In this document: positions 50,531 through 60,537 of the stretch, piece after piece | Layout: each line of letters opens with the position of its first letter | Numbering within the stretch: the stretch's first letter is position 1 | Origin: an uncultured Verrucomicrobiota bacterium | GTDB lineage: Bacteria > Verrucomicrobiota > Kiritimatiellia > CAIVKH01 | Direction of reading: 5' to 3' | DNA length: 64,000 nucleotides | Assembly: GCA_937996795.1 (NCBI GenBank) | Contig: CALKUH010000050.1 | Coordinates: 5,867 to 69,866, forward strand | Position numbers and translations under genes: made by a program | The notes under the pieces: generated by a model | Database searches by the model: none | What the model saw: only the letters and a program-made list of their open reading frames with translations | Told to the model about the DNA's origin: nothing

Positions 50531-53500
50531 GGGGGCTCCGTGCCGTGACTCCATTCGTAATACCCCGCCGGGTCGCGGGCGGACGCCGCCACCGCACGCC
50601 CGTCGACCTCCATCCTCGCAATCGTCGTCTCCGCCGGCAGATGGAGCCGGATGCGGCCGGTGAGCCGCGGCGGCGACTTCACCGACACCCCGTATCCTTC
50701 CGCGGAGCGCTCAATCCGCAGGTCCAGCGGCCCGAATCGCGTCGGCAGGGCCTCGAGCGAGAAGCCGCCCCCGTTCCACCACGCGGCGGGCGCGCCTTCC
50801 AGCAGCCAGAGGTCGTCCCCTGCTTCGCGCACGAGCATTGTGCGCACGGACACGACGTAATCCGCGCCGACCCACGTGTGCGGCATGTCCCCGATGTAGG
50901 TGCCGCGCCGGGGATCGCTCGTGACCACCTCGGCGTAGTGACGCCAACCCGGCGGGCGCCGGTCGCGAAAGAGCCGGTCGTGCAGTGCGCGCGCGTCGTC
51001 GATCCGCCCCATCACCTGCAGCGCCGCGATGTTTCGCGCCTCGTAGGGTGTGTAGAGCCACGCGGCATCCGCCGCATCGCGCCGCGCGACGTGCGCGAGA
51101 TAATCATCGTAGGTCTTCGCGATCGCCTCCGGCGTGAACACGTCGTCCGCCACCTCGCACGGAAAGAAGGCGATCGACACCGAGGTCGCGTCCGGGTCGC
51201 CGCGCTCCGCGGAACCGGGAATGAAATCAATGCCGCACTCGCTCATCGTAAGGGCCAGCGACGCGCGAACCGACGCGGCGAGCAGCGCATACTGTTCGTC
51301 GGCCCACGCGGCGGTTTCCTCCTCGCCCATCCGCCGCGCCAGTTCGGCCCCGTCGCGCCATCCGCGCAGCGCCCAGTAGTCGTCCCAGTACGAATGGTGC
51401 GGCGTGTTGTAGCCCTCGTGACTGATCGACGCGGGCAGCAGGCCGCGGTAACGTGCGCGGCGCGGATCATCCGCGGCGTAGTCGTCCTCCAGCGTCTGTT
51501 CGCGCAGCGCCTGCATGCAGCGCATCGCGCGGAGCACCGCCGGATAGTGGCGGCGCAGGAAGGCGTCGTTGCCGGTGAAGCGCGCGGTCTCCGCGACGAT
51601 GAAGATGAACTGCCCCTGCGCGTCATATTCGAGATTCGAGCCGAACCCGTCATGCACCGTGCCGTCATTGTCGAGAATCGGCGGGACCAGGCCATCCTCG
51701 CGGACCGCGCGGGCATACCAGTCGACGTAGTCCACCGCCTCCTCCACAAGGCCCAGCCGCAACAGCGCGGACGCAGTCAGCGACCCGTCGCGAATCCAAA
51801 CCCTGTTGTAGTTGCGTGAACCCGGCTGCAGCGCGACGCCGTCGCGGTTGACCAGGATGTACCCGGCCTGCGCATACAGCGTGTCCGTGACTTCACGGTC
51901 GCCGAGCGCGATTCCGGCGCGCCGCACGCGCCCCCGCCAAACATCTTCCGCGGCCTCGCGCCGCGCGGCAAATTCAGCCGAATCCACCGCCGCCGTGCCG
52001 CCGACCGTCAGCACGACGGACGTGGATGCCCCGGGCGAGAGATCAACCGTGTGCCGCGATGCAACGGATATCATGCCCGACGGATCGTCAACACCCGCGA
52101 CGCCCGACCAGCGGCCGCGCGCCGCCGCGTGCACCACATCGCCTCCGGCATGGGGCGCGGCCAGGGCTGCATCCGCCGGAGGCGTTAAGGTGTACCCCCA
52201 TCCATCCACCTCGACGCGCGTTGCATCGGCTGCCGGCCGGATGAGGACGCGATGAATTGGCGACACGCCGCCATGCTGCCATTTCGGGTTGATCTGTATC
52301 GGACGCAGCAGCAGCAGAAAATCGCCGGCCAGCGGCGCATCACCCGTTGCGGTGACGGTGTAGCGCACCAGCGTGACGTCGCGGTCGTCCAGCCGGTCCG
52401 GCATCGCGTCGATCCGGACCCGCGCGCCGGCGGCCTGCCATTCGACGGACGGCAGAGGCAGCTGTCCCTCCGCGAGCGACTGCGTGATGGCGGTGGCATC
52501 AAGCGGCGTGACCAGCCGCCCGCCGATGCGCAGGTACGGCATGAGCGCGGGACCGCGCGCGAACACCTCCAGGTTTCCATACTCATCCAGCAGGGCCTCG
52601 TGTGTCGAATCCGGCGGGCCGACGACCGTCCAATACACCTGGCGCCGGTGCAACGACTCCGGATACCAGCCGGGCGGCGCCTTCGCCGCGGCGCGTTCGT
52701 AGAGCGCGAGAGACGTGCGTTCCTCGCCGGGTCCGCGCGGGGAGAGGGTGTTGATGAGCAGATCCGCCGGGTCGTCCGCGCGCATCGCCAGGCGCGCCCG
52801 TCGCACGGTTCGCAGGTCGTGCATCAGGAGGTCGAAGTCGCCTTCGCTCTCGGGCAGGACGTCGGCTGTCCTCCACGCGCCGGATGCGTCCTCAAGTTCC
52901 CAGCGCAGATCGCGCCGCGCGGCGCGGGCCCATTCGATGCGCAGGCCGCTGATCGACTCCGGCGACGGCCATTCCAGCTCAAGCACCGCTTCCGGGGTGT
53001 CGGGATGCCAGCGCGCGGCGACCTCGCCCGCCGGGAACCTGGTTTCGCCGGCCACGTGGGGCGCGGCGTCCGGCCCGAGCACATCGAGGTCCCAGATCGA
53101 TGCGCCCCATCCGGTGGCGCGCCGTTCAATCACCACGCGGACCTGTCGTGCGGTCACGGTCGGGAAATAGATGCGGTCCAGATGCCCGTCCCCGGTGTCC
53201 ACCCGCTGCGCAACCTGCCATGCGCTTCCATCCATCGACGTTTCCACGCGATACGCGGAGGCGAACGCGGTCTCCCACGCGATGCGCAGCCCGGCCACCG
53301 GAGCCGCGCGGCCGAGGTCCACCGCGAGGTGGTGTCCGTCCTCAAACGGGCTGCTCCAGCGCGTGTCCTCGCGCCCGTCAATCGCCGCCGCCGCCGGAAA
53401 TTCGCCGTCCTGTCCGCCCGACGCCGACGCGCTCCACTGCGCACGCGGCGGCAACGCCATGGCAACCGCCGGCCATGCCGCGACCGCCACCGCGAGGAAT

Positions 53501-53550
53501 CGCAGCGCCCGCGCGCCCGGGCGCGACTTTGTGAATCCGTCCTTCTTCAT
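50527..53550 (-). CDS. Secreted protein: N-terminal F5/8 type C (discoidin) domain(s) plus a GH15-like (alpha/alpha)6 glycoside hydrolase domain
   Basis: Signal peptide (MKKDGFTKSRPGARALRFLAVAVAAWPAVA). AIDGREDTRWSS...LAVDLG...GLRIAWE and GLRIEWARAA are discoidin-like. NYNRVWIRDGSLTASALLRLG matches the GH15 W-x-R-D region. Confidence 0.55.
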   Translation of the reverse strand: MKKDGFTKSRPGARALRFLAVAVAAWPAVAMALPPRAQWSASASGGQDGEFPAAAAIDGREDTRWSSPFEDGHHLAVDLGRAAPVAGLRIAWETAFASAYRVETSMDGSAWQVAQRVDTGDGHLDRIYFPTVTARQVRVVIERRATGWGASIWDLDVLGPDAAPHVAGETRFPAGEVAARWHPDTPEAVLELEWPSPESISGLRIEWARAARRDLRWELEDASGAWRTADVLPESEGDFDLLMHDLRTVRRARLAMRADDPADLLINTLSPRGPGEERTSLALYERAAAKAPPGWYPESLHRRQVYWTVVGPPDSTHEALLDEYGNLEVFARGPALMPYLRIGGRLVTPLDATAITQSLAEGQLPLPSVEWQAAGARVRIDAMPDRLDDRDVTLVRYTVTATGDAPLAGDFLLLLRPIQINPKWQHGGVSPIHRVLIRPAADATRVEVDGWGYTLTPPADAALAAPHAGGDVVHAAARGRWSGVAGVDDPSGMISVASRHTVDLSPGASTSVVLTVGGTAAVDSAEFAARREAAEDVWRGRVRRAGIALGDREVTDTLYAQAGYILVNRDGVALQPGSRNYNRVWIRDGSLTASALLRLGLVEEAVDYVDWYARAVREDGLVPPILDNDGTVHDGFGSNLEYDAQGQFIFIVAETARFTGNDAFLRRHYPAVLRAMRCMQALREQTLEDDYAADDPRRARYRGLLPASISHEGYNTPHHSYWDDYWALRGWRDGAELARRMGEEETAAWADEQYALLAASVRASLALTMSECGIDFIPGSAERGDPDATSVSIAFFPCEVADDVFTPEAIAKTYDDYLAHVARRDAADAAWLYTPYEARNIAALQVMGRIDDARALHDRLFRDRRPPGWRHYAEVVTSDPRRGTYIGDMPHTWVGADYVVSVRTMLVREAGDDLWLLEGAPAAWWNGGGFSLEALPTRFGPLDLRIERSAEGYGVSVKSPPRLTGRIRLHLPAETTIARMEVDGRAVAASARDPAGYYEWSHGTEPP

Positions 53551-53557
53551 TCCGCAA

Positions 53558-54418
53558 TCATCCCTTCACCGCGCCGGAGGTGAGCCCGGCAATAAATTCG
53601 CGCTGCAACCCGATGAACAGCGCCATTACAGGCAGAATGGAGACGAGCGTGCCGGCCATCAGCAGGCCGTAGTCGGTGCCGTAGATGCCCTTCACCTGCG
53701 CAAGGGCGACGGCGAGCGGGAAGCGCTCGGGCGATTGCAGGATGATTTGCGGGCCGATGAAATTGTTCCAGGCGCCGATGAACGTGATGAGCAGGAACGC
53801 GCCGAGCATCGGCCGGCACAGCGGAAGCACGATTTCAAAAAACAGCCGCACCTCGCCGCACCCGTCCATGCGCGCGGCCTCAAGCAGGTCGGGCGGCACG
53901 GCGTTGAGCATCGCCTGCCGGAACAGGTACACGCCGAACGCGGGGGCCAGGCCGGGCAGGATCAGCCCCGCGAAGGTGTCGAGCAGGCCGAGGCGATGGA
54001 CAAGAGCGTAGCCCGGCGCCAGCAGGAGCGGCGCGGGCACGATCAACGCGCCGAGCACCAGCGCCGTCACCGCGGCGCGGCCGCGGAACGCGAACCGCGC
54101 GAGCGCGTAGCCGCCCATCGCCGCGCACAGCGTCGCGAGGACGCCGGACACGGACGCATAGAACACGGAGTTCAGCAGGCTCGCGCCGAACCGCAGGCTC
54201 GGGTCGCTGAAGAGGCGCGCCAGGTGGTCGAGGGTCAGGCCGCCCCAGTCCACGCCCAGCGCCCCCGCGCCGCGCGGCAGGAAATGCGCGGAGAAGAAGG
54301 CGTCGCGTGTTTTGAACGCGCCGCAGACGAGGTACGCAAACGGCGCGAGCGTCAGCAGCGCCGCGGCGCCGAGCAGGCCGTGTGCCAGCGCGGAGGACAT
54401 GCGCGCGCGCAGGTTCAT
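53558..54418 (-). CDS. Carbohydrate ABC transporter permease (MalG/UgpE-like)
   Basis: 6-TM protein with the EAA-type loop (EAARMDGCGEVRLFFEIVLPLCRP). Start MNLRARM, with ATGA overlap with the upstream permease. The ORF-track start at 54988 is too far upstream. Confidence 0.85.
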   Translation of the reverse strand: MNLRARMSSALAHGLLGAAALLTLAPFAYLVCGAFKTRDAFFSAHFLPRGAGALGVDWGGLTLDHLARLFSDPSLRFGASLLNSVFYASVSGVLATLCAAMGGYALARFAFRGRAAVTALVLGALIVPAPLLLAPGYALVHRLGLLDTFAGLILPGLAPAFGVYLFRQAMLNAVPPDLLEAARMDGCGEVRLFFEIVLPLCRPMLGAFLLITFIGAWNNFIGPQIILQSPERFPLAVALAQVKGIYGTDYGLLMAGTLVSILPVMALFIGLQREFIAGLTSGAVKG

Positions 54419-55296
54419 GACCGCGCCTCCCGCTGGAGCGCGCGCTGCAGCACGGCGATGCCCATCAGGAACAGCGCGAGCACCCAGCCGATCGCCGCCG
54501 CGTAGCCGAGGTCGCCGGTCTCGAATCCGTTCTGGTAGAGGTACATCACGATCGTAAGGCCGCGGCTCTCCGGGCCGGCCCCGCCGAGCAGGATGTAGGG
54601 CAGCTCGAAGAGCTGCATGCTGCCGATCACCGACAGCAGCGTCACGAAACCAGCCACCGGCGCGATGGCGGGCCAGGTCACATGGCGGAAAACGCTGCAC
54701 GGCCCCGCGCCGTCCACTCGCGCGGCCTCGACCAGGGACTTGTCGACGCCCTGCAGCGCGGCGAGGAAATAGATCATGTTGAACCCGGCGTACATCCACA
54801 GCGAGGCGAGGATCAGCGCGGGCATGATGTGGCGCTGCAGCCACGGGAACTCCGCGGGAAAGCCCGGCCATACGCGCGCGAGCGCGGCGTTTAGCAAGCC
54901 CTCGCGCTCGTGCAGGATCAGCGCGAACAGCGCGGCGACGAAGACGAGGCCGACGAGCGACGGCGAGAAAAACGCGAGCCGGAACCACGCGCGCCCGCGC
55001 AGGCCCGGCTGGTTCAGCAACAGTGCCAGCCCCAGCGCAACCGGCAACTGCACGAACAGCGAACCCGCGGTGTACGCGAATGTGTTCCGCGCAGCCGTCC
55101 AGAACAGCGGGTCGCGGAACAGGTCGGCGAAATTTTTAAGGCCGACCCGCACGGCCGTGTCGGGCCCGTATGTCTGCTGCAGTGCCAGTCCCACCGAGGA
55201 CACCAGCGGGAAAACCATAAACACACCGAACAGCACGACGAACGGCGCGAGAAAAATCCACGGAGCCCAAACCGGATGGAGGCGCGCGGAGGACAT
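54415..55296 (-). CDS. Carbohydrate ABC transporter permease (MalF/UgpA-like)
   Basis: EAA loop (EAARVDGAGPCSVFRHVTWPAIAP) and 6 TM helices. Confidence 0.85.
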   Translation of the reverse strand: MSSARLHPVWAPWIFLAPFVVLFGVFMVFPLVSSVGLALQQTYGPDTAVRVGLKNFADLFRDPLFWTAARNTFAYTAGSLFVQLPVALGLALLLNQPGLRGRAWFRLAFFSPSLVGLVFVAALFALILHEREGLLNAALARVWPGFPAEFPWLQRHIMPALILASLWMYAGFNMIYFLAALQGVDKSLVEAARVDGAGPCSVFRHVTWPAIAPVAGFVTLLSVIGSMQLFELPYILLGGAGPESRGLTIVMYLYQNGFETGDLGYAAAIGWVLALFLMGIAVLQRALQREARS

Positions 55297-55298
55297 GA

Positions 55299-56696
55299 TC
55301 AGGGCGTCTCCCCGGCGGACTCAAAAAATACGTTCCGCGCCATGTGTTGCCGCACGCGCTGCTCGGCTTGCGCGAGGTGCGCTCGCGCGAGCGGCTCCAA
55401 CTGCTCCACGCGGTGCAACGCATGGCGCTCGGCCTCGGCTTTCAGTCCCAGGGCCGCGTCGCCAAGCGCCGCGAGCGCAAGCCGCTGGTAGGGCGACGAG
55501 GTGCGCGCGGGCACGTGGGGCGCCTGCTCAAGATACAGACGGCCCGCCGGCTGGCCGGAGAAGAACGGGTTCGGCTCGTCGAACACCGGATCGTCCCAAA
55601 ACGTGCGGACCGCGGTGACGATGCCGGCCTCGCGGTACAGGCGGCGTGCGATGTCGCGGTTCAGATAGAGTTGCTGCGCGAGCGACCACGCGCGCTCGAC
55701 GTCCCGCGCCGCGCGCGGCAGGCCGAGCATCGTGCCGCCCATTACGCTCGTGCGCCGCCCGCCGGGCGTCCAGGCCGGCAGCGACATCACCTTGACCCTG
55801 CCCGCGAGGCCGGGCAGGTCGAGCTGCCACGCGCCGGCGAGCCAGTCCGGCAGCAGGCTGCACAACACAACGCCGTCGAGCCGCAGCCGGTTGCCGGCGG
55901 CGTCGAATTCCGGCGCGTTGATCGCGATTCGGTCCGGACCGGTGGTCCAGGATGCGATTGTTGCAAGGACATGCGCGTTTACGTCCGTCGACATCGCCAG
56001 CTGTTCGCGCGCATCGAAGAGGCCGCCGCCCGCCTGCAGCAGCAACACCTCGAGCAGTTCCGGGTTCGTTTCCCAGAGGTTCAAGAGGTAGCGGTCCGGC
56101 CGCCCGTCGCCGTCGGCATCCGCCATCAGCGGTTTCAGCACATGCACGAATTGGTCCCACGTCTGGACCGATGACAGGTCAATGCCCGCCGCCTCGACAA
56201 CATCCGCACGGTAGCCGAGCAGCACCGGGTGCACATCGTGCGGCAGGCCGTAGATGCGGCCGCGCGTGGTCCACGGCGTCAGCGACGGCGGATTGAATTG
56301 CTCTAACAAGCCGGTTTCGCGCAGCCGGTCGGTGAGGTCGAGGAACCCGATCTGCTCGACGGGTCCGCGGAACACCTGCGCCGCAATGCCGCCGTGCACC
56401 TCGACCACGTCGGGCAGCGGCGTGCCCGACAGGAAGCCGGACAGCAGGCGGCGCTGCAGCGCATCCGTCGTCAGCAGCAGCGACTCCGCGCGCGGCCGGT
56501 CCGGCGCCGCATTCCATTCCTCCAGCACCGGCGCATACATCTCCTGGTGCGGCCGCGCGAAGGTCCACAGGAGCAGGTCGGGGCGCGGGGCGTCGGGCCG
56601 CAGCGCGACGGCCACGGACGACAGCACGGCCAGCGTGCAGACGATCCAGACCGCGGGCGTCAGGGCCGGTTCGCGGTCTGTGCGGCGGGTGTTCAT
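55299..56696 (-). CDS. Extracellular solute-binding protein (family 1) of a sugar ABC transporter
   Basis: Start MNTRRTDREPALTPAVWIVCTLAVLSSVAVA, about 465 aa, directly upstream of the two permeases. The exact start coordinate is uncertain by 1-2 nt in my reading. Confidence 0.7.
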   Translation of the reverse strand: MNTRRTDREPALTPAVWIVCTLAVLSSVAVALRPDAPRPDLLLWTFARPHQEMYAPVLEEWNAAPDRPRAESLLLTTDALQRRLLSGFLSGTPLPDVVEVHGGIAAQVFRGPVEQIGFLDLTDRLRETGLLEQFNPPSLTPWTTRGRIYGLPHDVHPVLLGYRADVVEAAGIDLSSVQTWDQFVHVLKPLMADADGDGRPDRYLLNLWETNPELLEVLLLQAGGGLFDAREQLAMSTDVNAHVLATIASWTTGPDRIAINAPEFDAAGNRLRLDGVVLCSLLPDWLAGAWQLDLPGLAGRVKVMSLPAWTPGGRRTSVMGGTMLGLPRAARDVERAWSLAQQLYLNRDIARRLYREAGIVTAVRTFWDDPVFDEPNPFFSGQPAGRLYLEQAPHVPARTSSPYQRLALAALGDAALGLKAEAERHALHRVEQLEPLARAHLAQAEQRVRQHMARNVFFESAGETP

Positions 56697-59263
56697 CGGG
56701 CGGCCTTGTCGCGCGCCTGCATGTTTTCGCGCTCGGCGACCACCCGCGCCACGCGGGCCCGTTCGCGCTCGCGCGTGTCCTCCGCCGGCAGCGCCAGCCG
56801 GTACGACGCGTTGTTCGCGTCGTGGGCCCGTTCGCGGTACAGCGCGATTTCGCGGTAGGCCTTCTGCGCGATCGGGTGTTCGCGCACCCACGCGCGCAGG
56901 TCGCGGTCATGCAGCGCATTGAACAGGCTCAGGAACAGCATCGCCTGGTCGAGCAGCAGGTAGTCGGGGCTGACCGCGCCGCTGACGAGGTCCACCGAAT
57001 CGCGGAAACCGAATTGCGGGTCGCGCGCGCCAAGCCGTTCGAGCGCGCGCAGGTTGGCGACCACCTCGGCGGGAAACGCCTCAATGGCAAGGACCGACGC
57101 GTGCGGTGTGACGATCTCGTCGCGCAGATGGCCCCACCCGAGATACACGCCGTCCGGCGCGCGGCACGCGGACCAGCCCCACGCGGCGAACGCGTTTTCA
57201 CGCGCGTGCCGGATCTGCGCGTAGGCGAAGTTCTCCGCCGACCGGCCCATCAGCGTCCCGCGCTCGTCGAGCCACAGCCCGTTGATGAACTGCATGAACA
57301 AGCCTCCGCCCTGCCAGCCGGGCGCGAGGTATTCGGCGTGGTGCCGCGTCTCCGTCGCCCGGGAGAGCCGGTCCCACATCGAGGCGGGCACGCGGCCCGA
57401 GCCGGCGGCGGCGAACTGCGCGAGCCGCGCGTCGGTCCCGAGCGTGTGCAGCAGCCAGTCGCGGTTGAACGACTCCGCCGCCACATCGTAGCCGCCGACG
57501 AGCAACCCGCGCTCCGCGTCGTAAAACGCGTCCCACGCCATCGCGTCGAGCAGCCGGTCGCAGCGCGCGCGCAGATTTGGCAGGCGGACGCCCGCCGCCA
57601 TCAACCCGCCGGCCAGGTTGCCGCTGTCGAGCAGCGAGATCCAGGTGTCGTTGGTGGACGGCGCGCCGTCCTCGACATCGTGCCAGCACTGGACGAAGCC
57701 GTGTCGCGTGTTCCACCCCTCCATTGCGTCGAGCACGCGCGTGACCGCCGCTTCGGCCTCCCTGTCGGTGAGGTAGCCCCATTCCGCCGCCGCCGCGCAC
57801 GCGCTCAGGTAGAGCCCGATGTTGCTGACCGAACTCGGTCCGCGCACCTGCTGGTCGTCGGACGGCAGGCCGGTGTCCGGGTGGACCATCGACGCGATGG
57901 AGCGCCAGGTGTCGCGCGCGACGCCTTCGAGATAGCGCCGGTCCTCGTCCGGCAATCCGGGCGCGTTCGGGATGAACCCCGCGCGGGCCAGGGCGTTCGA
58001 GATCGGTGCATAGCTCATAAAACGTTCCCACACAAAACCCGACCGCGCGTTCTCGATCATCAACAGGGTGATTCCGACATCAATCCCGATGTGTGCGCCG
58101 GCGGACCAGCTGTCGTGCGGATCGAAGGCGGTCACGAACCCGTAGCGGCCCCAGGCCGCATCGGCGTGCGCCGCGCGGATGCGCCCCACCGTGGGACGGC
58201 AGAGGTCCGGCGCAAACGGCAGCGAGCCGGCGGCGGCGTAGGGCACGATGCTGCCGTCCGGCGGCGGGTCGCCGCTCGCGGGCGGTCCGCCCCACCCCGC
58301 GTACCCGCCGCGCCAGTCGGATGCGCTCAGCCCCCACACCTGCTCGTTCCACGCCGGGAACTGCGGCTGCAGGTCCACCGACCACAGGTGTTGCGCGCGC
58401 GTCGCCAGCGCGGAGTTCAGGAAGTAGTCGGCGTAGGCGTCGCGCGTTCCGCGAAAATCGATCCACGCATGCGAGAACTGGTGGGTGAACAGCGGCGGGC
58501 ACTGGATGTACGTGTACGGGCCGTAGGTGATGACCGGCTCGCGCTTCCACGCGTGCCAGGCGTCGTCGGCGAGCGGGTGCTCCGGCGCGGCGAGGCCGAG
58601 CAGGACGAGGATCATGAGTTCGTTGTACCATCCCCACCGCGCGGGCAGGAAACCGCCCTCCGGCGACCAGCCCATGCTCAGCGTGCCGTCATCGTGCAGC
58701 ATCCACGGCCACTCGACGCGCGCGATGATCCGGTCCGCCCAGGCCGCCAGCGGCGTGTCCGGCCAGTGCTGGCGGCAGGTGATCACGCCGGCGAGCAGCA
58801 GCGCGGTGTCGATCGTGGACAGTTCGGAGTCCCATCGCCGCTCGCCGGTGCCGGGCTCGACAAAGTGGTAAAAAAAACCGCGCTCGTGCGGCATCTGCTC
58901 CGCCAGGAAGCGCATCGCCGTTTCCGCTCGCCGGTACGCCTCGCCGGGAGGCAGCCAGCCGCGCGCATCGGCGATACAGAGCGCCGTGAGGCCGAACCCG
59001 GTGGCCGCCGAGCTCGCCACCTCGCCCGGCTTCCGTCCCGAGGCGTCGACGCGATCCCACACGAGGCCGGTCTCCGGATGCATCCAATCGTTGAAATAGG
59101 CGAAGCTATGCCGCGCCAGCTCCTCCACGGGATCCTCTTCCGCGGGTGCGACGTGTTCGTGCTCGGCGGGCGCAGCCGGTTCTGGCGGCCGCACCGCACA
59201 GCCCGTCCAGCATGCGGCCACCATTGCGCCCCAGAGGCCCCGTATCACCATGCGCCCCGTCAC
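56693..59263 (-). CDS. Lipoprotein with two tandem glucoamylase-like/DUF3131-type domains (GH144-like?)
   Basis: MTGRMVIRGLWGAMVAACWTGC lipobox. Two homologous halves (HPETGLVWDRVDASG ... and HPDTGLPSDDQQVRG ...). The family call rests on weak motif resemblance only. Confidence 0.45.
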   Translation of the reverse strand: MTGRMVIRGLWGAMVAACWTGCAVRPPEPAAPAEHEHVAPAEEDPVEELARHSFAYFNDWMHPETGLVWDRVDASGRKPGEVASSAATGFGLTALCIADARGWLPPGEAYRRAETAMRFLAEQMPHERGFFYHFVEPGTGERRWDSELSTIDTALLLAGVITCRQHWPDTPLAAWADRIIARVEWPWMLHDDGTLSMGWSPEGGFLPARWGWYNELMILVLLGLAAPEHPLADDAWHAWKREPVITYGPYTYIQCPPLFTHQFSHAWIDFRGTRDAYADYFLNSALATRAQHLWSVDLQPQFPAWNEQVWGLSASDWRGGYAGWGGPPASGDPPPDGSIVPYAAAGSLPFAPDLCRPTVGRIRAAHADAAWGRYGFVTAFDPHDSWSAGAHIGIDVGITLLMIENARSGFVWERFMSYAPISNALARAGFIPNAPGLPDEDRRYLEGVARDTWRSIASMVHPDTGLPSDDQQVRGPSSVSNIGLYLSACAAAAEWGYLTDREAEAAVTRVLDAMEGWNTRHGFVQCWHDVEDGAPSTNDTWISLLDSGNLAGGLMAAGVRLPNLRARCDRLLDAMAWDAFYDAERGLLVGGYDVAAESFNRDWLLHTLGTDARLAQFAAAGSGRVPASMWDRLSRATETRHHAEYLAPGWQGGGLFMQFINGLWLDERGTLMGRSAENFAYAQIRHARENAFAAWGWSACRAPDGVYLGWGHLRDEIVTPHASVLAIEAFPAEVVANLRALERLGARDPQFGFRDSVDLVSGAVSPDYLLLDQAMLFLSLFNALHDRDLRAWVREHPIAQKAYREIALYRERAHDANNASYRLALPAEDTRERERARVARVVAERENMQARDKAAR

Positions 59264-59862
59264 GATTCGCGCCTTCGGGAAAGGCGCCGTGTGGCCAGGA
59301 GCCCGCCGAGGATGAGCAACCCGGCCGAACCCGGCTCAGGCACGACGGAGAAGTCGTCAAAGATGTGGAAATCCGTGTTCACTGCCGGCGTCGCGCTCAT
59401 AAATACGATGCCGCGCACGCTCGCCGTCACGGCGTTGACCGGCGCGAGGGCGTCCTCAATCGATATCCACGTGAACGGTTGGTCCGCCGTCACATGTGTG
59501 GACTGGAGCTGATTGATGATGCCGCCCGATGAATCGAGCCACTGCACCTCAAGCCACGATTCGGAGCTCTCCACATTCACCGCGCGGATCTGGACGCCGA
59601 AGTCGTAGGTCGCTCCGCCCACGACCGGCAGCTCCTGGAAGATCCCCCGGAAGCTGTCCGCGTCGGTGTCCTGCACATCGTTGACCACGCCGAACAGGCC
59701 TGAGTTCGCGTCGCCTCCGCCGGACGTGCGCCAGCCCTGGCCGAACGTGCTCCACCCCGTGAAGTCGCCGGTTTCGAACCCGGCATTGATCAAATCGGCA
59801 TGTCCCGACAGCGTCAGGACGCAGGCCGCCGCACAGGCGGCCATCCCGGATTTTACGTTCAT
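59260..59862 (-). CDS. PEP-CTERM sorting-domain protein with an N-terminal CBM-like beta-sandwich domain
   Basis: Signal peptide. NAGFETGDFTGWSTFGQGW resembles CBM4/9-type modules. C-terminal VPEPGSAGLLILGGLLATRRLSRRR is a PEP-CTERM signal. Confidence 0.75.
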   Translation of the reverse strand: MNVKSGMAACAAACVLTLSGHADLINAGFETGDFTGWSTFGQGWRTSGGGDANSGLFGVVNDVQDTDADSFRGIFQELPVVGGATYDFGVQIRAVNVESSESWLEVQWLDSSGGIINQLQSTHVTADQPFTWISIEDALAPVNAVTASVRGIVFMSATPAVNTDFHIFDDFSVVPEPGSAGLLILGGLLATRRLSRRRES

Positions 59863-59879
59863 CGCGCGCTCCTTTCTTT

Positions 59880-60509
59880 TTAGAAACCGCCGCGGAACCG
59901 ACGCCGGCGCCACCAGGCGATGGCTGCGCCCGCGCCGCCCAACAGCGTCAGCGTGCCGGGTTCGGGCACAACCGGCCCGCCGCTGAAATCAAAGCTGTCG
60001 AAGATGCTGAAGTCCGGCGCTCCGGAGGTGTTGTGCATCTGCACGATGCCGCGCACGCTGACGGTGACGGCGTTGATGGGCGCCACCATGTTGGTGAGGG
60101 ACAGGTAGGTGAACGGTTGGTCGGCCGTTGTGTGCACGGACTGCAACTGGCTGATGAACCCGCCGACGTTGTCGAACCACTGGATCTCCAGCCACGACTC
60201 CGTGGTGTCCATCGTTACCGTGCGGAGCCACACCCCCGCGCTGTAGGATGCGCCGCCTACGATTGCGATATTCTGGAAGACGCCCCGGAATTGATCCACA
60301 TCGCCGCCGAGCATGTCGTTCACTGCGCCATACGAGCCGGCCTGCGCGTCGGCACCGACGCCGATGCGCCAGCTCTGGCCGAACGTGCTCCACCCCGTGA
60401 AGTCGCCCGTTTCGAATCCTGGATTCACCAGTGTTGCTGCGCCGGTCGCCTGCCCCCACAGGAAGCCCGCCGCCGCCACCGCCCTGATCCGCCGCCCCCA
60501 TGCATGCAT
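59880..60509 (-). CDS. PEP-CTERM sorting-domain protein, paralogue of the previous gene
   Basis: NPGFETGDFTGWSTFGQSW. C-terminal VPEPGTLTLLGGAGAAIAWWRRRR. Many identical positions shared with the 59260-59862 gene. Confidence 0.75.
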   Translation of the reverse strand: MHAWGRRIRAVAAAGFLWGQATGAATLVNPGFETGDFTGWSTFGQSWRIGVGADAQAGSYGAVNDMLGGDVDQFRGVFQNIAIVGGASYSAGVWLRTVTMDTTESWLEIQWFDNVGGFISQLQSVHTTADQPFTYLSLTNMVAPINAVTVSVRGIVQMHNTSGAPDFSIFDSFDFSGGPVVPEPGTLTLLGGAGAAIAWWRRRRFRGGF

Positions 60510-60537
60510 GACTGCACCCCCTGGCTCGTATTGCCCC

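Noticed and set aside
56822-59512. 896-aa plus-strand ORF opposite the DUF3131-like lipoprotein gene
   Set aside because: Arg/Ala-rich antisense artefact. The minus-strand frame has a lipobox and internal domain duplication.
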